From Bacteroidota bacterium (GTDB taxonomy: Bacteria > Bacteroidota > Bacteroidia > Chitinophagales > LD1): 64,000 nt of DNA. The stretch lies in contig CANJRM010000002.1 in the NCBI GenBank assembly GCA_947476645.1, positions 189 to 64,188 on the forward strand, written 5' to 3'. Positions 18,570 through 26,922 of this stretch are shown in pieces. A program made the translations under genes and the position numbers. Position 1 is the stretch's first letter, and each line of letters opens with the position of its first letter. Under the pieces are notes generated by a model that was not told where the DNA came from, made no database searches, and saw only the letters and a list, made by a program, of their open reading frames with translations.

Positions 18570-18870
18570 TAAAAGCGCCCTGCCGACCCTTACTTACATT
18601 CGCCAATCATTTACTTACACACTGCCGCCTCTTAACTTGTACTCGTCAATCGCTTACTTGTACGCTGCTTTTTCTCACAATCGAGCTCCGGCCGCGTTTC
18701 GGTACGCTGCAATTGACTTTCCACATACTGCCGAAGAGTTTTGGTACGCTACTTTTTCTTACAATCGAGCTCCGGCCGCGTTTCCGTACGCTGCAATTGA
18801 CTTCCCTCATGCTGCCGAAGAGTTTTGGTACACTGCAATTGACTTTCCACATGCTGTTTTTTCTCAGTTT
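18570..18870. repeat. nested tandem repeat array (degenerate ~21-bp units, then 42/84-bp units)
   Basis: Units all start with GTACGCT/GTACACT. A = GTACGCTGCTTTTTCTCACAATCGAGCTCCGGCCGCGTTTCG and B = GTACGCTGCAATTGACTTTCCACATACTGCCGAAGAGTTTTG, arranged A-B-A'-B'-B''. They are preceded by degenerate TTACTTACA/TTACTTGTAC ~21-bp units. Confidence 0.85.
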
Positions 18871-18926
18871 AGGCTGCTTTTTCATCAAAATGTCTGTTTT
18901 TAACACTTTTCGCCATCGCAAAAAGT

Positions 18927-18960
18927 AAAAGCCCGATGCTCATAACATCGGGCTTTTTTG
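18927..18960. terminator. strong intrinsic terminator (usable on both strands)
   Basis: AAAAGCCCGATG-CTCATAA-CATCGGGCTTTTTTG: 10-11 bp GC-rich stem, T-run on the plus strand and an A-run upstream (a T-run on the minus strand). Confidence 0.85.
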
Positions 18961-18982
18961 TTTAAGAAAGGTCAAGGCAAAA

Positions 18983-19006
18983 TGTCACCCTGAGCCTGTC
19001 GAAGGG
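18983..19006. repeat. half-copy of the GTCAYSCTGAGCYTGTCGAAG REP-like element
   Basis: GTCACCCTGAGCCTGTCGAAGGG, immediately adjacent to the stop codon of the minus-strand gene at 19007. Confidence 0.7.
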
Positions 19007-20242
19007 TTATTCCCTCAGCAACGTAATCTCCGTCACCTCCGGCAAAATGCCCACTCTGCCCGGGTAAAACAAAAACCCGAAACCGCGGTTCACATACAAA
19101 AACTGTTTGCCTTCGTTATACAAACCTGCCCACTGCTTATAAATATATTGCGAAGGGCTCCAGCGCAGCCATTTGTTTTCTACACCAAACTGCGCACCGT
19201 GCGTGTGTCCGCTGAGTGTCAAATCTGTTTCAGGAAATTCAGTGCGCACGCGTTTATCCCAACTCGAAGGGTCGTGGCTCATCAGAATCTTAAAAGGAAT
19301 TTCTTCGGTGCCTTTATACGCCACATCAAACTTTCCGTATTTGGCAAAGTGCCCACCGCCCCAGTTCTCTACGCCTATAATCGCAATCTTTTCACCGTTG
19401 CGCTCGAGTATTCTGTTTTCGTTGAGCAGCAAATCCCAACCTAAATTTTTGTGTATGCCTTTAAACTGTTCAAAATTCGCGCGCTTCTCGGCTTCGGTAT
19501 CCCACGAAACATAATCGCCATAATCGTGATTGCCCGTAATAGAAATTACACCATGCTTCGCTTTCAGTTTGTTGAACACTTCCATAAACGGCTCCATCTC
19601 ACTCGATACATTGTTCACTAAATCACCGGTGAACAAAATAATATCGGCATTGAGGGCATTTATTTTTTCAATCACTTTTACCAATGGCTCGGTCTTCGTA
19701 AAACTCCCCGAGTGAATATCGCTGAGCTGAATAATCTTAAAACCGTTAAACGCTTCGGGCAGATTCGGATATTTAATCGCGAGTTTTCGAAAACGATAGT
19801 TGTAAGCATTCACCACCACGCCATAAACCAACGTAGCTGCGGGTATAGCGGCAGCAAACAGAGCAAACTTGCTTAGGAATTCGCTGCGCGAAATTCCACC
19901 AGGCACAGCTTCAGATGAAGAAGAAAATTTAGATGCAATGAACTTGAAGAAGCGAACCACATCTTCGGGAAACAGAAATAAAAACACAATCAGTTTGCAA
20001 AGCAGAAGCAAAACAAACACCAGCGCAAAGTAGGTGGCAAATGTTTTAGGCAAATATTTATAGAGCAAAGGACGATACGATGCAAACAGAACAAATAAGG
20101 TCGCTGAAAGTCCCCAGTAAATCCATTTCGCCTGTTTAATATTCTGCGGCTGAAAAGCAGTTCTTACTGCCTGCCATCCGTAATATTCAAACGCACCATA
20201 CACTGAAAACACAATAGAGAAGAAGATAATTGACTGCAACAT
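19007..20242 (-). CDS. membrane-anchored metallophosphoesterase (calcineurin-like, YkuE/YaeI type)
   Basis: 411 aa. N-terminal ~150 aa has 4-5 TM helices, then phosphoesterase motifs LSDIHSG, FTGDLVN, GNHD and SGHTHG. Confidence 0.85.
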   Translation of the reverse strand: MLQSIIFFSIVFSVYGAFEYYGWQAVRTAFQPQNIKQAKWIYWGLSATLFVLFASYRPLLYKYLPKTFATYFALVFVLLLLCKLIVFLFLFPEDVVRFFKFIASKFSSSSEAVPGGISRSEFLSKFALFAAAIPAATLVYGVVVNAYNYRFRKLAIKYPNLPEAFNGFKIIQLSDIHSGSFTKTEPLVKVIEKINALNADIILFTGDLVNNVSSEMEPFMEVFNKLKAKHGVISITGNHDYGDYVSWDTEAEKRANFEQFKGIHKNLGWDLLLNENRILERNGEKIAIIGVENWGGGHFAKYGKFDVAYKGTEEIPFKILMSHDPSSWDKRVRTEFPETDLTLSGHTHGAQFGVENKWLRWSPSQYIYKQWAGLYNEGKQFLYVNRGFGFLFYPGRVGILPEVTEITLLRE

Positions 20243-20312
20243 TTCTTAAATCATTTTAGTGAACACGAATAAGTCGGCAATTTATTTCAATTTCGGAGAT
20301 TCAAATTAGTAG

Positions 20313-22034
20313 ATGAAATACCAAAGCAACACAAAGCAGTCAATAAAAAGGAATTGGAAACAATTACTTCCAGTCATTCTTTGTATTCACTATTCACTAT
20401 TCACTATTCACTATTCACTTGCTCAATCCCTCGTTGCACAAAAGAAAGAATACACCCGTGCCGATAGTTTGCGTGGAGGTTTGCGCCACGAGCGCACCTG
20501 CTACGATGTTACCTTCTATGATTTGAAAGTAAAGATTGATACCGCTACACAGTCTATCTCCGGCACCAACCGAATTGTGTTTAAAGCCATTGATGATTTT
20601 AAAACCATGCAAATTGATTTGTTCGATAACATGAACATTGTTTCGATAAAGCAAAACGGTGAGGCGGTTAAATACCGCAGAGAGTTCAACGCGGTGTTTG
20701 TGGATTTGAATGATTTTATGAAGCGCGGCTTAAATGGCGAAATAGAAGTTCGCTACAGTGGCAAACCAATTATTGCCAAGCGCGCACCCTGGGATGGCGG
20801 CTTCACCTGGACACACGACAAAAACGGCAAACCCTGGATTGCGGTGGCGTGCGAAGGCATGGGGGCAAGTTGCTGGTGGCCCTGCAAAGATTATTTGGGT
20901 GACGAGCCCGACAGCATGAGCATTTGGTGCAATGTGCCCGATGGTTTGCGCTGCATTTTAAACGGCACTGAAATGGAAAGCCGCGAAGAAAAAGATACCA
21001 CTACTTCGTTTCACTGGTTTGTTCACTATCCCATCAACAACTACAACGTTACCCTCAACATTGGTGATTACGTTCAGTTCAGCGATGAATACGTGGCAGA
21101 TGATAATTCAAAACTCGCACTCGATTATTATGTAATGCGCTACAATCTCGACAAAGCGAAGTTGCAGTTCACGCAAGTAAAACCGATGTTGAAGTGCTAC
21201 GAAAAATATCTCGGCAAATATCCTTTCTGGAAAGATGGTTACGCGCTCGTGGAAACTCCTTATCTCGGCATGGAGCATCAGGGCGCTATTGCTTATGGTA
21301 ATAGATATCTCACGGGTTATGCGGGTAACGATTACTCGGGTATGGGTCTCGATTTCGACTATATCATCATTCACGAAAGCGCGCATGAGTGGTGGGGCAA
21401 TAGTGTAAGTTGTAAAGATATTGCCGACATGTGGATTCACGAAAGCTTTGCCACTTACACCGAATCTATTTATGTGGAGTGCATGCTCGGTCACGACACG
21501 GCTATTCAATACATCAACAAAAAGAAGAAACACATTGGCAATGATAAGCCAGTGGTGGGAGTTTACGGAGTAAACGAAGAAGGCGATGGCGATATGTATA
21601 GCAAAGGTGCACTGTTTATTAATACACTTCGCACCATTGTAAATGACGATGAAAAATGGTGGAGCATTATTAAAGGCATGTGCGACACGAGTTTCAAAAT
21701 GAAGAACGTGAGCTATGAAAACGTGGCAATGTATTTCTGCCGCAAAACCGGAAAAGATTTACTGCCTGTTTTCGAACAGTATTTGAAGTTTTCGAAAATT
21801 CCGGTGTTTGAATACAAGTTGAAGAAACTGAAGAAAGGCGAATTTGAATTAAGCTATCGTTGGGCGGTTAATGCAAAAGATTTTAAAATGCCTGTGTTTA
21901 TTTCTACCATCGAAAATCCGAAACAGATGTTGAAGGGAACCAATGAATTTCAAACCACTACCGTCAAACTGAAAAAAGAAACCGACTTTAAAGTGAACGA
22001 AGATCTGGTGTATATTGAAGTGAAGAAAATATAG
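20313..22034 (+). CDS. M1 family metallopeptidase (aminopeptidase N-like)
   Basis: 573 aa with HESAHEWWGN...WIHESFATY (HExxH-x18-E zinc site). Has an unusual signal-peptide region encoded by a heptanucleotide repeat. Confidence 0.85.
   Translation: MKYQSNTKQSIKRNWKQLLPVILCIHYSLFTIHYSLAQSLVAQKKEYTRADSLRGGLRHERTCYDVTFYDLKVKIDTATQSISGTNRIVFKAIDDFKTMQIDLFDNMNIVSIKQNGEAVKYRREFNAVFVDLNDFMKRGLNGEIEVRYSGKPIIAKRAPWDGGFTWTHDKNGKPWIAVACEGMGASCWWPCKDYLGDEPDSMSIWCNVPDGLRCILNGTEMESREEKDTTTSFHWFVHYPINNYNVTLNIGDYVQFSDEYVADDNSKLALDYYVMRYNLDKAKLQFTQVKPMLKCYEKYLGKYPFWKDGYALVETPYLGMEHQGAIAYGNRYLTGYAGNDYSGMGLDFDYIIIHESAHEWWGNSVSCKDIADMWIHESFATYTESIYVECMLGHDTAIQYINKKKKHIGNDKPVVGVYGVNEEGDGDMYSKGALFINTLRTIVNDDEKWWSIIKGMCDTSFKMKNVSYENVAMYFCRKTGKDLLPVFEQYLKFSKIPVFEYKLKKLKKGEFELSYRWAVNAKDFKMPVFISTIENPKQMLKGTNEFQTTTVKLKKETDFKVNEDLVYIEVKKI
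20385..20419 (+). repeat. perfect tandem heptanucleotide repeat (ATTCACT x5) within the 5' coding region
   Basis: Counted directly: 35 nt of ATTCACT x5, translated IHYSLFTIHYSL in the putative signal peptide of the M1 peptidase. Confidence 0.95.
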
Positions 22035-22048
22035 AACCCAAAAGGGAA

Positions 22049-22112
22049 ATGTCATCCTGAGCTTGTCGAAGGATTCTTGGCTTTTACGCTTCGACAAGCT
22101 CAGCGTGACATC
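22049..22112. repeat. REP-like palindromic intergenic element, full hairpin copy
   Basis: ATGTCATCCTGAGCTTGTCGAAGGATTC...ACGCTTCGACAAGCTCAGCGTGACAT, a long inverted repeat just after the M1 peptidase stop. Confidence 0.85.
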
Positions 22113-22136
22113 TCTCTTCAATCAAAAAATAATTCC

Positions 22137-22544
22137 ATGAGCCACAAAATTTCATTGACACATCTTGGCGAAGAAAAATTCGATGCACATCAAAACGGAA
22201 AGACAATCCGTATTGATGGAGCTGAAGAGAGCATTTCGACAGGTGTAAGACCAAAAGCATTGATTCTTTCATCACTCGCTGGCTGCACGGCTATTGATGT
22301 AGTTGACCTGCTCCGCAAAATGCGTGTTGAGTTTTCTGATTTTAAAATTGATGTGGAAGGCGAACTAACAGAAGAGCATCCGAAAACTTATCACACCATT
22401 CACTTGACTTACTTCATTAAATTAAAAGAGGAAGACAAAAGCAAAATGGAGAAAGCGGTCAATCTTTCGCAGGAAAAATATTGCGGTGTTAGTGCTATGA
22501 TTAAAAAGTTTGCCGTCTTAAAAGTGAAGATTGAGTATTTGTAA
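22137..22544 (+). CDS. OsmC family peroxiredoxin-like protein
   Basis: Start moved to the ATG at 22137 because the upstream part of the ORF runs through the REP element. About 135 aa with LAGCTAIDVV and QEKYCGVSAM, the two conserved-Cys contexts of OsmC/Ohr-like proteins. Confidence 0.7.
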   Translation: MSHKISLTHLGEEKFDAHQNGKTIRIDGAEESISTGVRPKALILSSLAGCTAIDVVDLLRKMRVEFSDFKIDVEGELTEEHPKTYHTIHLTYFIKLKEEDKSKMEKAVNLSQEKYCGVSAMIKKFAVLKVKIEYL

Positions 22545-22588
22545 TCGCTTCACTTTTCCCTCTATATTCGCACCACAAAAAATAAACT

Positions 22589-23212
22589 ATGTATACAGGT
22601 CTACTCCACAGCCACAAACTTTTCGTTTTGCTTTTTTTGCTTCACTACGTTGCAAAATTGGTTCTCCTGCTTTTGAACCGCAACGAGCAATTAGCTAAGT
22701 ATTCAAAAATTACTAAGGTTCCTGAAATGATTTTGAGTTTCGGATTTCTCGCTACAGGAATCGGCATGTTGGTTAGCGGAGCGACACTTTCTACTTTGCT
22801 TACAGTAAAAGTAATTTGCGTTCTTGCTTCAATCCCATTGGCAATTATTGGTTTCAAGAAAGGGAATAAAATTCTCGCTTTTGTTGCGGTGTTCCTGATT
22901 GTAATGAGTTACGGCTTAGCCGAAATGAATAAGAAGGCGAAGACAGGTGCTAAGGTAGATACATCTGCAATCGAAGACCCGATTATTGCGGGCAAATTAA
23001 TTTACGCAAACAAGTGCGCGCAATGCCACGGTCAAATAGGCAATGGCGGTGTTAGCGGAGCAAAAGACTTGTCGCTCACAAAACTGACTGATGACGAAAA
23101 GAAACTTCTCATTCGCTCAGGTAAAAACGCAATGCCCGGCTTTAAAGAAGATGTGTTGACCGATGCAGATTTGAATGCAGTGGTTCAATACGTGGCTACG
23201 TTAAAGCAGTAA
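22589..23212 (+). CDS. membrane-anchored c-type cytochrome
   Basis: 207 aa. Four N-terminal hydrophobic helices, then the heme-binding motif CAQCH and a distal NAMPGF Met ligand context. Confidence 0.8.
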   Translation: MYTGLLHSHKLFVLLFLLHYVAKLVLLLLNRNEQLAKYSKITKVPEMILSFGFLATGIGMLVSGATLSTLLTVKVICVLASIPLAIIGFKKGNKILAFVAVFLIVMSYGLAEMNKKAKTGAKVDTSAIEDPIIAGKLIYANKCAQCHGQIGNGGVSGAKDLSLTKLTDDEKKLLIRSGKNAMPGFKEDVLTDADLNAVVQYVATLKQ

Positions 23213-23233
23213 TAAATTAAACACTATTGTTTT

Positions 23234-23270
23234 ATCGGTGTAATCACCTGCCTTTATCTGTGTAATCGAA
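23234..23270 (+). repeat. start-proximal repeat element (ATCGGTGTAATCA...CTTTATCTGTGNAATC family)
   Basis: ATCGGTGTAATCACCTGCCTTTATCTGTGTAATCGAA. About 30 of 37 nt are identical to 38189-38225, and it is related to 52111-52150. Ends 12 nt before the ATG at 23282. Confidence 0.7.
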
Positions 23271-23281
23271 CGTTTACGTAA

Positions 23282-24805
23282 ATGCAACTCAGCAAGAATA
23301 AATTCGATGTAGTCATCATCGGCAGTGGTTTGGGCGGAATGGTGTGCGGCACTATTCTAAGCAAAGAAGGCAAGCGTGTTTGCATTATTGAAAAGAATGA
23401 ACAAATAGGTGGAAGCCTGCAAACATTTAAACGCGAAGGTGTAACCTTCGATACCGGTGTGCATTACATCGGTGGCTTGTCAAAAGAAAATTCGCTCTAC
23501 AAAATTTTTAATTACCTCGGCATCATGCAACGATTAGAAACCGTGCGCATGGATGAAGAAGGATTTGATGTGGTGATGTTTAAGAGTGACGCAGAAGAGT
23601 ACAATTACCTAATGGGCTACGAAAATTTCGAGCGCATTCTTGTCACAAAATTTCCCGAAGAGAAAACTGCGATTGAAACTTATTGCAAGGACATGAAACG
23701 CATTTGCGGTAGTATTCCTCTCTACAATCTTCGCGAAGGAGAATTAGAAGATATGGAGATACTTTCGACAAGCGCAAAAGATTATTTCGAAAAGCTGACC
23801 ACAAATAAAAAACTGCAAAACGTTTTAGCGGGAACTAATTTGCTTTATGCAGGAACAGAAAAAACTCCACTGTATGTTCATGCACTCGTGGTCAATAGTT
23901 ATATCGAAAGTGCCTACAAAATAAAAAACGGTGGCGACCAGATTGTGAAACTGATGGCGCGCATCATCAAAGAAAATGGCGGAGAGATTTTACGCAAGCA
24001 CGAAGTGAAAAGCATTGATGTAGAAAGTGGAAATGCAAAATCTGTAACACTAAGCACAGGAGAAAGGATAGAAGCAGAGCTTTTTATCTCCAACATTCAT
24101 CCGGCAAAAACTTTGGCCATGGCGGAGACGGATGCAATCCGTCCTGCTTATCGCAATCGTATTAATTCATTGGAGAATTCTATTTCGACTTTTGTTTTGT
24201 ATTTGATTTTAAAGCCAAACACTTACCCTTTCCGCAATCGCAATTACTATTATTTCAACGAAGAAAATGTTTGGAATTGCACTGATTACAAACCCGAAAA
24301 TTTTCCGAGTATGTATGCGCTATTCGAAGAAGTTCCCGAAAAGCAAAATGAATTTACAGAAGCAATGACGGTGATGACCTACATGCGATTTGAAGAAGTT
24401 AAAAAATGGAAAGATAGTTTCAACACTACACTTGAAGAGAGCAATCGCAACCAAGAGTATCAGGAATTTAAAAAGCAGAAAGCGGAAAAGCTATTGGATA
24501 CAATTGCCATTAAGTTTCCGAATATTCGAAAGTGCGTTCAATCCTATTATACTTCTTCGCCTCTTTCATACAGAGATTATATGGGAACTGATGACGGCAA
24601 TATGTATGGCATTGTGAAAGACTTCAACGAACCTGTGAAGACAATGATTTCAGTAAAAACAAAAGTGCCTAATCTATTGTTGACAGGGCAGAATATAAAT
24701 TTGCATGGCGTGCTTGGCGTTACCGAAAGTGCTTTGGTAACTTGCGGTGCGATTATTGGTAAAGAATATTTGTTGAATAAAATTTTAGAAGCGAACAAAA
24801 ATTGA
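23282..24805 (+). CDS. NAD(P)/FAD-dependent oxidoreductase, phytoene desaturase (CrtI)-like family
   Basis: 507 aa. N-terminal FAD fold DVVIIGSGLGGMVCGTILSKEGKRVCIIEKNEQIGGS. Length and C-terminal LLLTGQN...G pattern are typical of the CrtI / retinol-saturase-like family. Confidence 0.75.
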   Translation: MQLSKNKFDVVIIGSGLGGMVCGTILSKEGKRVCIIEKNEQIGGSLQTFKREGVTFDTGVHYIGGLSKENSLYKIFNYLGIMQRLETVRMDEEGFDVVMFKSDAEEYNYLMGYENFERILVTKFPEEKTAIETYCKDMKRICGSIPLYNLREGELEDMEILSTSAKDYFEKLTTNKKLQNVLAGTNLLYAGTEKTPLYVHALVVNSYIESAYKIKNGGDQIVKLMARIIKENGGEILRKHEVKSIDVESGNAKSVTLSTGERIEAELFISNIHPAKTLAMAETDAIRPAYRNRINSLENSISTFVLYLILKPNTYPFRNRNYYYFNEENVWNCTDYKPENFPSMYALFEEVPEKQNEFTEAMTVMTYMRFEEVKKWKDSFNTTLEESNRNQEYQEFKKQKAEKLLDTIAIKFPNIRKCVQSYYTSSPLSYRDYMGTDDGNMYGIVKDFNEPVKTMISVKTKVPNLLLTGQNINLHGVLGVTESALVTCGAIIGKEYLLNKILEANKN

Positions 24806-24806
24806 T

Positions 24807-24868
24807 GAACACAAAGCCGCGAAGACACGAAGTTGAATTTCTTTGCGCCTTCGCGCCTTTGTGTTAAC
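24807..24868. repeat. palindromic intergenic hairpin element (AACACAAAG...CTTTGTGTT)
   Basis: GAACACAAAGCCGCGAAG...CTTCGCGCCTTTGTGTTAAC: outer 9-bp and inner 6-bp inverted repeats. Lies between the oxidoreductase stop and the C45 gene start. Confidence 0.75.
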
Positions 24869-24877
24869 CGTATAGAA

Positions 24878-26554
24878 ATGAAAAGAGTTTTAAAATTTCT
24901 AGCTTACACTTTTGGTTTTCTGCTCCTGCTTTTGCTGGTTGGCTACCTGTATATCCAATATGGTTTGGCTCCACGCATTCCCGAAGTGAAAGATAAATCT
25001 GCTTTGAATCTACAGCGCGAAAAAGTTGACAGTAACTTTTATCGAATAGGCAATAACTGGCTGCGCAAAAACGAAAGCGGTTTGTGGGAAGAATATGTAG
25101 AAGGCGAACCTTTCGAGCGTGGAGTAATTACAGGCAAGCTCGAAAAAGAATTATTGTATTCACAGGAAATCGCCTTCGTTGACCAGATTCACAATCTTGT
25201 TCCAAACAATTCTTATCTAAAATTTCTTGGCTGGTTTACTCGTGTATTCAATCGTCATTTGGATGAAAACTTTCCCGAAGAGAATAAATTAGAGATTTAT
25301 GGTGAATCATTTTCTGCTCCGCACGAATTTGATTTTATCAATCCTGCTTACGACAGAATGTTGAACTATCATGCTGCACACGATATCGGCCATGCCTTGC
25401 AAAGTTTGGCTTTGGTTGGTTGTACTTCGTTTGCCGCATGGAATGAGCGCAGTGCAGATTCATCAATGATAATTGGGCGCAATCTTGATTTTTATTTGGG
25501 CGATAAATTTTCCGAAAACAAAATCGTTTACTTCTGTAATCCGAAACAGGGAAGCAAATTTGTGATGATTACCTGGGCAGGTTTTATGGGTTGTGTTTCA
25601 GGTATGAATGAAAAGGGAATCACCGTTACCATCAATGCGGCAAAGAGTGATATTCCGAATGGAGCAACAACTCCTATTTCAATTTTAGCAAGAGAGATTT
25701 TGCAATACGCTAACAATATTGATGAAGCATTTGCCATTGCTAAGAAGAGAAGAACCTTTGTATGCGAAACGTTGATGATTGGTTCTGCGCCTGACCACAA
25801 AACTTCACTCATTGAAAAGAGCATTACCAAAACAATTCTCTTCAACAGCGATACAGATTTTATTTTATGCGCTAATCATTATCAAAGCGACAGTTTCAAA
25901 AACGATAAGAACAACATTGAAAACATTGCAACAAGTGCATCCATGTATCGGTTCCATCGCATAGAAGAATTGATGAACAGGAATGGCAAACTCGATTATA
26001 AAAACGTAGCTTCAATTCTCCGCGACCAACGCGGACAGCAAGACAAAAACATCGGCATTGGAAATGAGAAAGCAATGAACCAATTGATTTCTCATCACGC
26101 TATTATTTTTCAGCCAGAGAAATTACGATTTTGGGTTACAGCAAATCCATATCAGTTAGGTGAATTTGTTTGTTACGATTTGAAAAAAATATTTTCAGAA
26201 GCACCAACGCTGAAAGAGAATCGCGAGTTGAATGAAGCTTCTTTGACCATTCCTGCCGATTCATTTTTGTTATCTGTCGATTGGAAAAACTTTTTGCAAT
26301 GGCGCGAACTTAAACAGGAAATAAAACACGCTACCAACAACAAGGCAGCATTGAGCAACGAAACAAAACCAGTAGCCAACTTCATTCAATTCAATCCTGA
26401 ATTTTGGGAAACATATTTTTGCTTGGGCGAGTATTACAAAGCAACAAGCAATAAGTCTTCTGCCAAAAAATATTTCGATTTAGCACTGACGAAAGAAATT
26501 AACGATACACACGAAGCCGATAAAATGCGGGAAGAAATAAAAGCGTTGCAATGA
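24878..26554 (+). CDS. C45 family autoproteolytic acyltransferase/hydrolase (acyl-CoA:6-APA acyltransferase-like Ntn hydrolase), membrane anchored
   Basis: Start moved to the ATG at 24878 (MKRVLKFLAYTFGFLLLLLLVGYL anchor). Candidate nucleophile context LVGCTSFAAW followed by IIGRNLDF. Helical repeat-like C-terminal end. Family assignment is by motif memory only. Confidence 0.6.
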   Translation: MKRVLKFLAYTFGFLLLLLLVGYLYIQYGLAPRIPEVKDKSALNLQREKVDSNFYRIGNNWLRKNESGLWEEYVEGEPFERGVITGKLEKELLYSQEIAFVDQIHNLVPNNSYLKFLGWFTRVFNRHLDENFPEENKLEIYGESFSAPHEFDFINPAYDRMLNYHAAHDIGHALQSLALVGCTSFAAWNERSADSSMIIGRNLDFYLGDKFSENKIVYFCNPKQGSKFVMITWAGFMGCVSGMNEKGITVTINAAKSDIPNGATTPISILAREILQYANNIDEAFAIAKKRRTFVCETLMIGSAPDHKTSLIEKSITKTILFNSDTDFILCANHYQSDSFKNDKNNIENIATSASMYRFHRIEELMNRNGKLDYKNVASILRDQRGQQDKNIGIGNEKAMNQLISHHAIIFQPEKLRFWVTANPYQLGEFVCYDLKKIFSEAPTLKENRELNEASLTIPADSFLLSVDWKNFLQWRELKQEIKHATNNKAALSNETKPVANFIQFNPEFWETYFCLGEYYKATSNKSSAKKYFDLALTKEINDTHEADKMREEIKALQ

Positions 26555-26922
26555 TATTGGGAACAGGAACAGATATTATAGAAGTTGAACGGGTGCGCAA
26601 GGCAGTTGAAAATATTTCGTTGAAGGAAAAAGCATTTTCAAGACGCGAAATAGAATATTGCGAACTTGATAAATCATGTCAGAGTTTTGCCGCACGCGCA
26701 GCTGGTAAAGAAGCCTTCTTCAAAGCACTTGGTACAGGATGGAGAGACAAAATGAATGTCAATGAAGTTGAAATTCTGAATGATGACCTCGGCAAACCAT
26801 TCATTGAATTAAGCGGAGAAACCTTAAAAGTATTCGAACAGAAAGGCGGAGGACAAATTCATATTTCTCTTTCGCACATTAAAGAAACTGCAGTTGCCTT
26901 TGTAATAATTGAAAGTAAATGA
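26551..26922 (+). CDS. acpS: holo-[acyl-carrier-protein] synthase (4'-phosphopantetheinyl transferase)
   Basis: 123 aa with GTDIIEVERV near the N-terminus, FAARAAGKEAFFKALG, and ISLSH near the C-terminus. ATGA overlaps with both neighbours. Confidence 0.85.
   Translation: MILGTGTDIIEVERVRKAVENISLKEKAFSRREIEYCELDKSCQSFAARAAGKEAFFKALGTGWRDKMNVNEVEILNDDLGKPFIELSGETLKVFEQKGGGQIHISLSHIKETAVAFVIIESK

Noticed and set aside
18661-18828. Possible DGR template/variable repeat pair (two 84-bp near-identical units)
   Set aside because: The differences between the units are not adenine-specific, no reverse transcriptase gene is present, and the units are not inside a credible target CDS.
18570-18870. 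Possible CRISPR array
   Set aside because: The repeat units are contiguous and alternate (A-B-A'-B'-B'') with no unique spacers of regular length between identical repeats. No cas genes are in the window.
18419-18928. 169-aa ORF, plus the overlapping 114-aa (+) and 91-aa (-) ORFs, across the intergenic repeat block
   Set aside because: They are open only because they traverse REP-like and tandem-repeat DNA. The translations are repetitive, Leu/Phe/Arg/Thr-rich and lack any protein-like motif, and several frames are open at once. I treat the region as non-coding repeat sequence.
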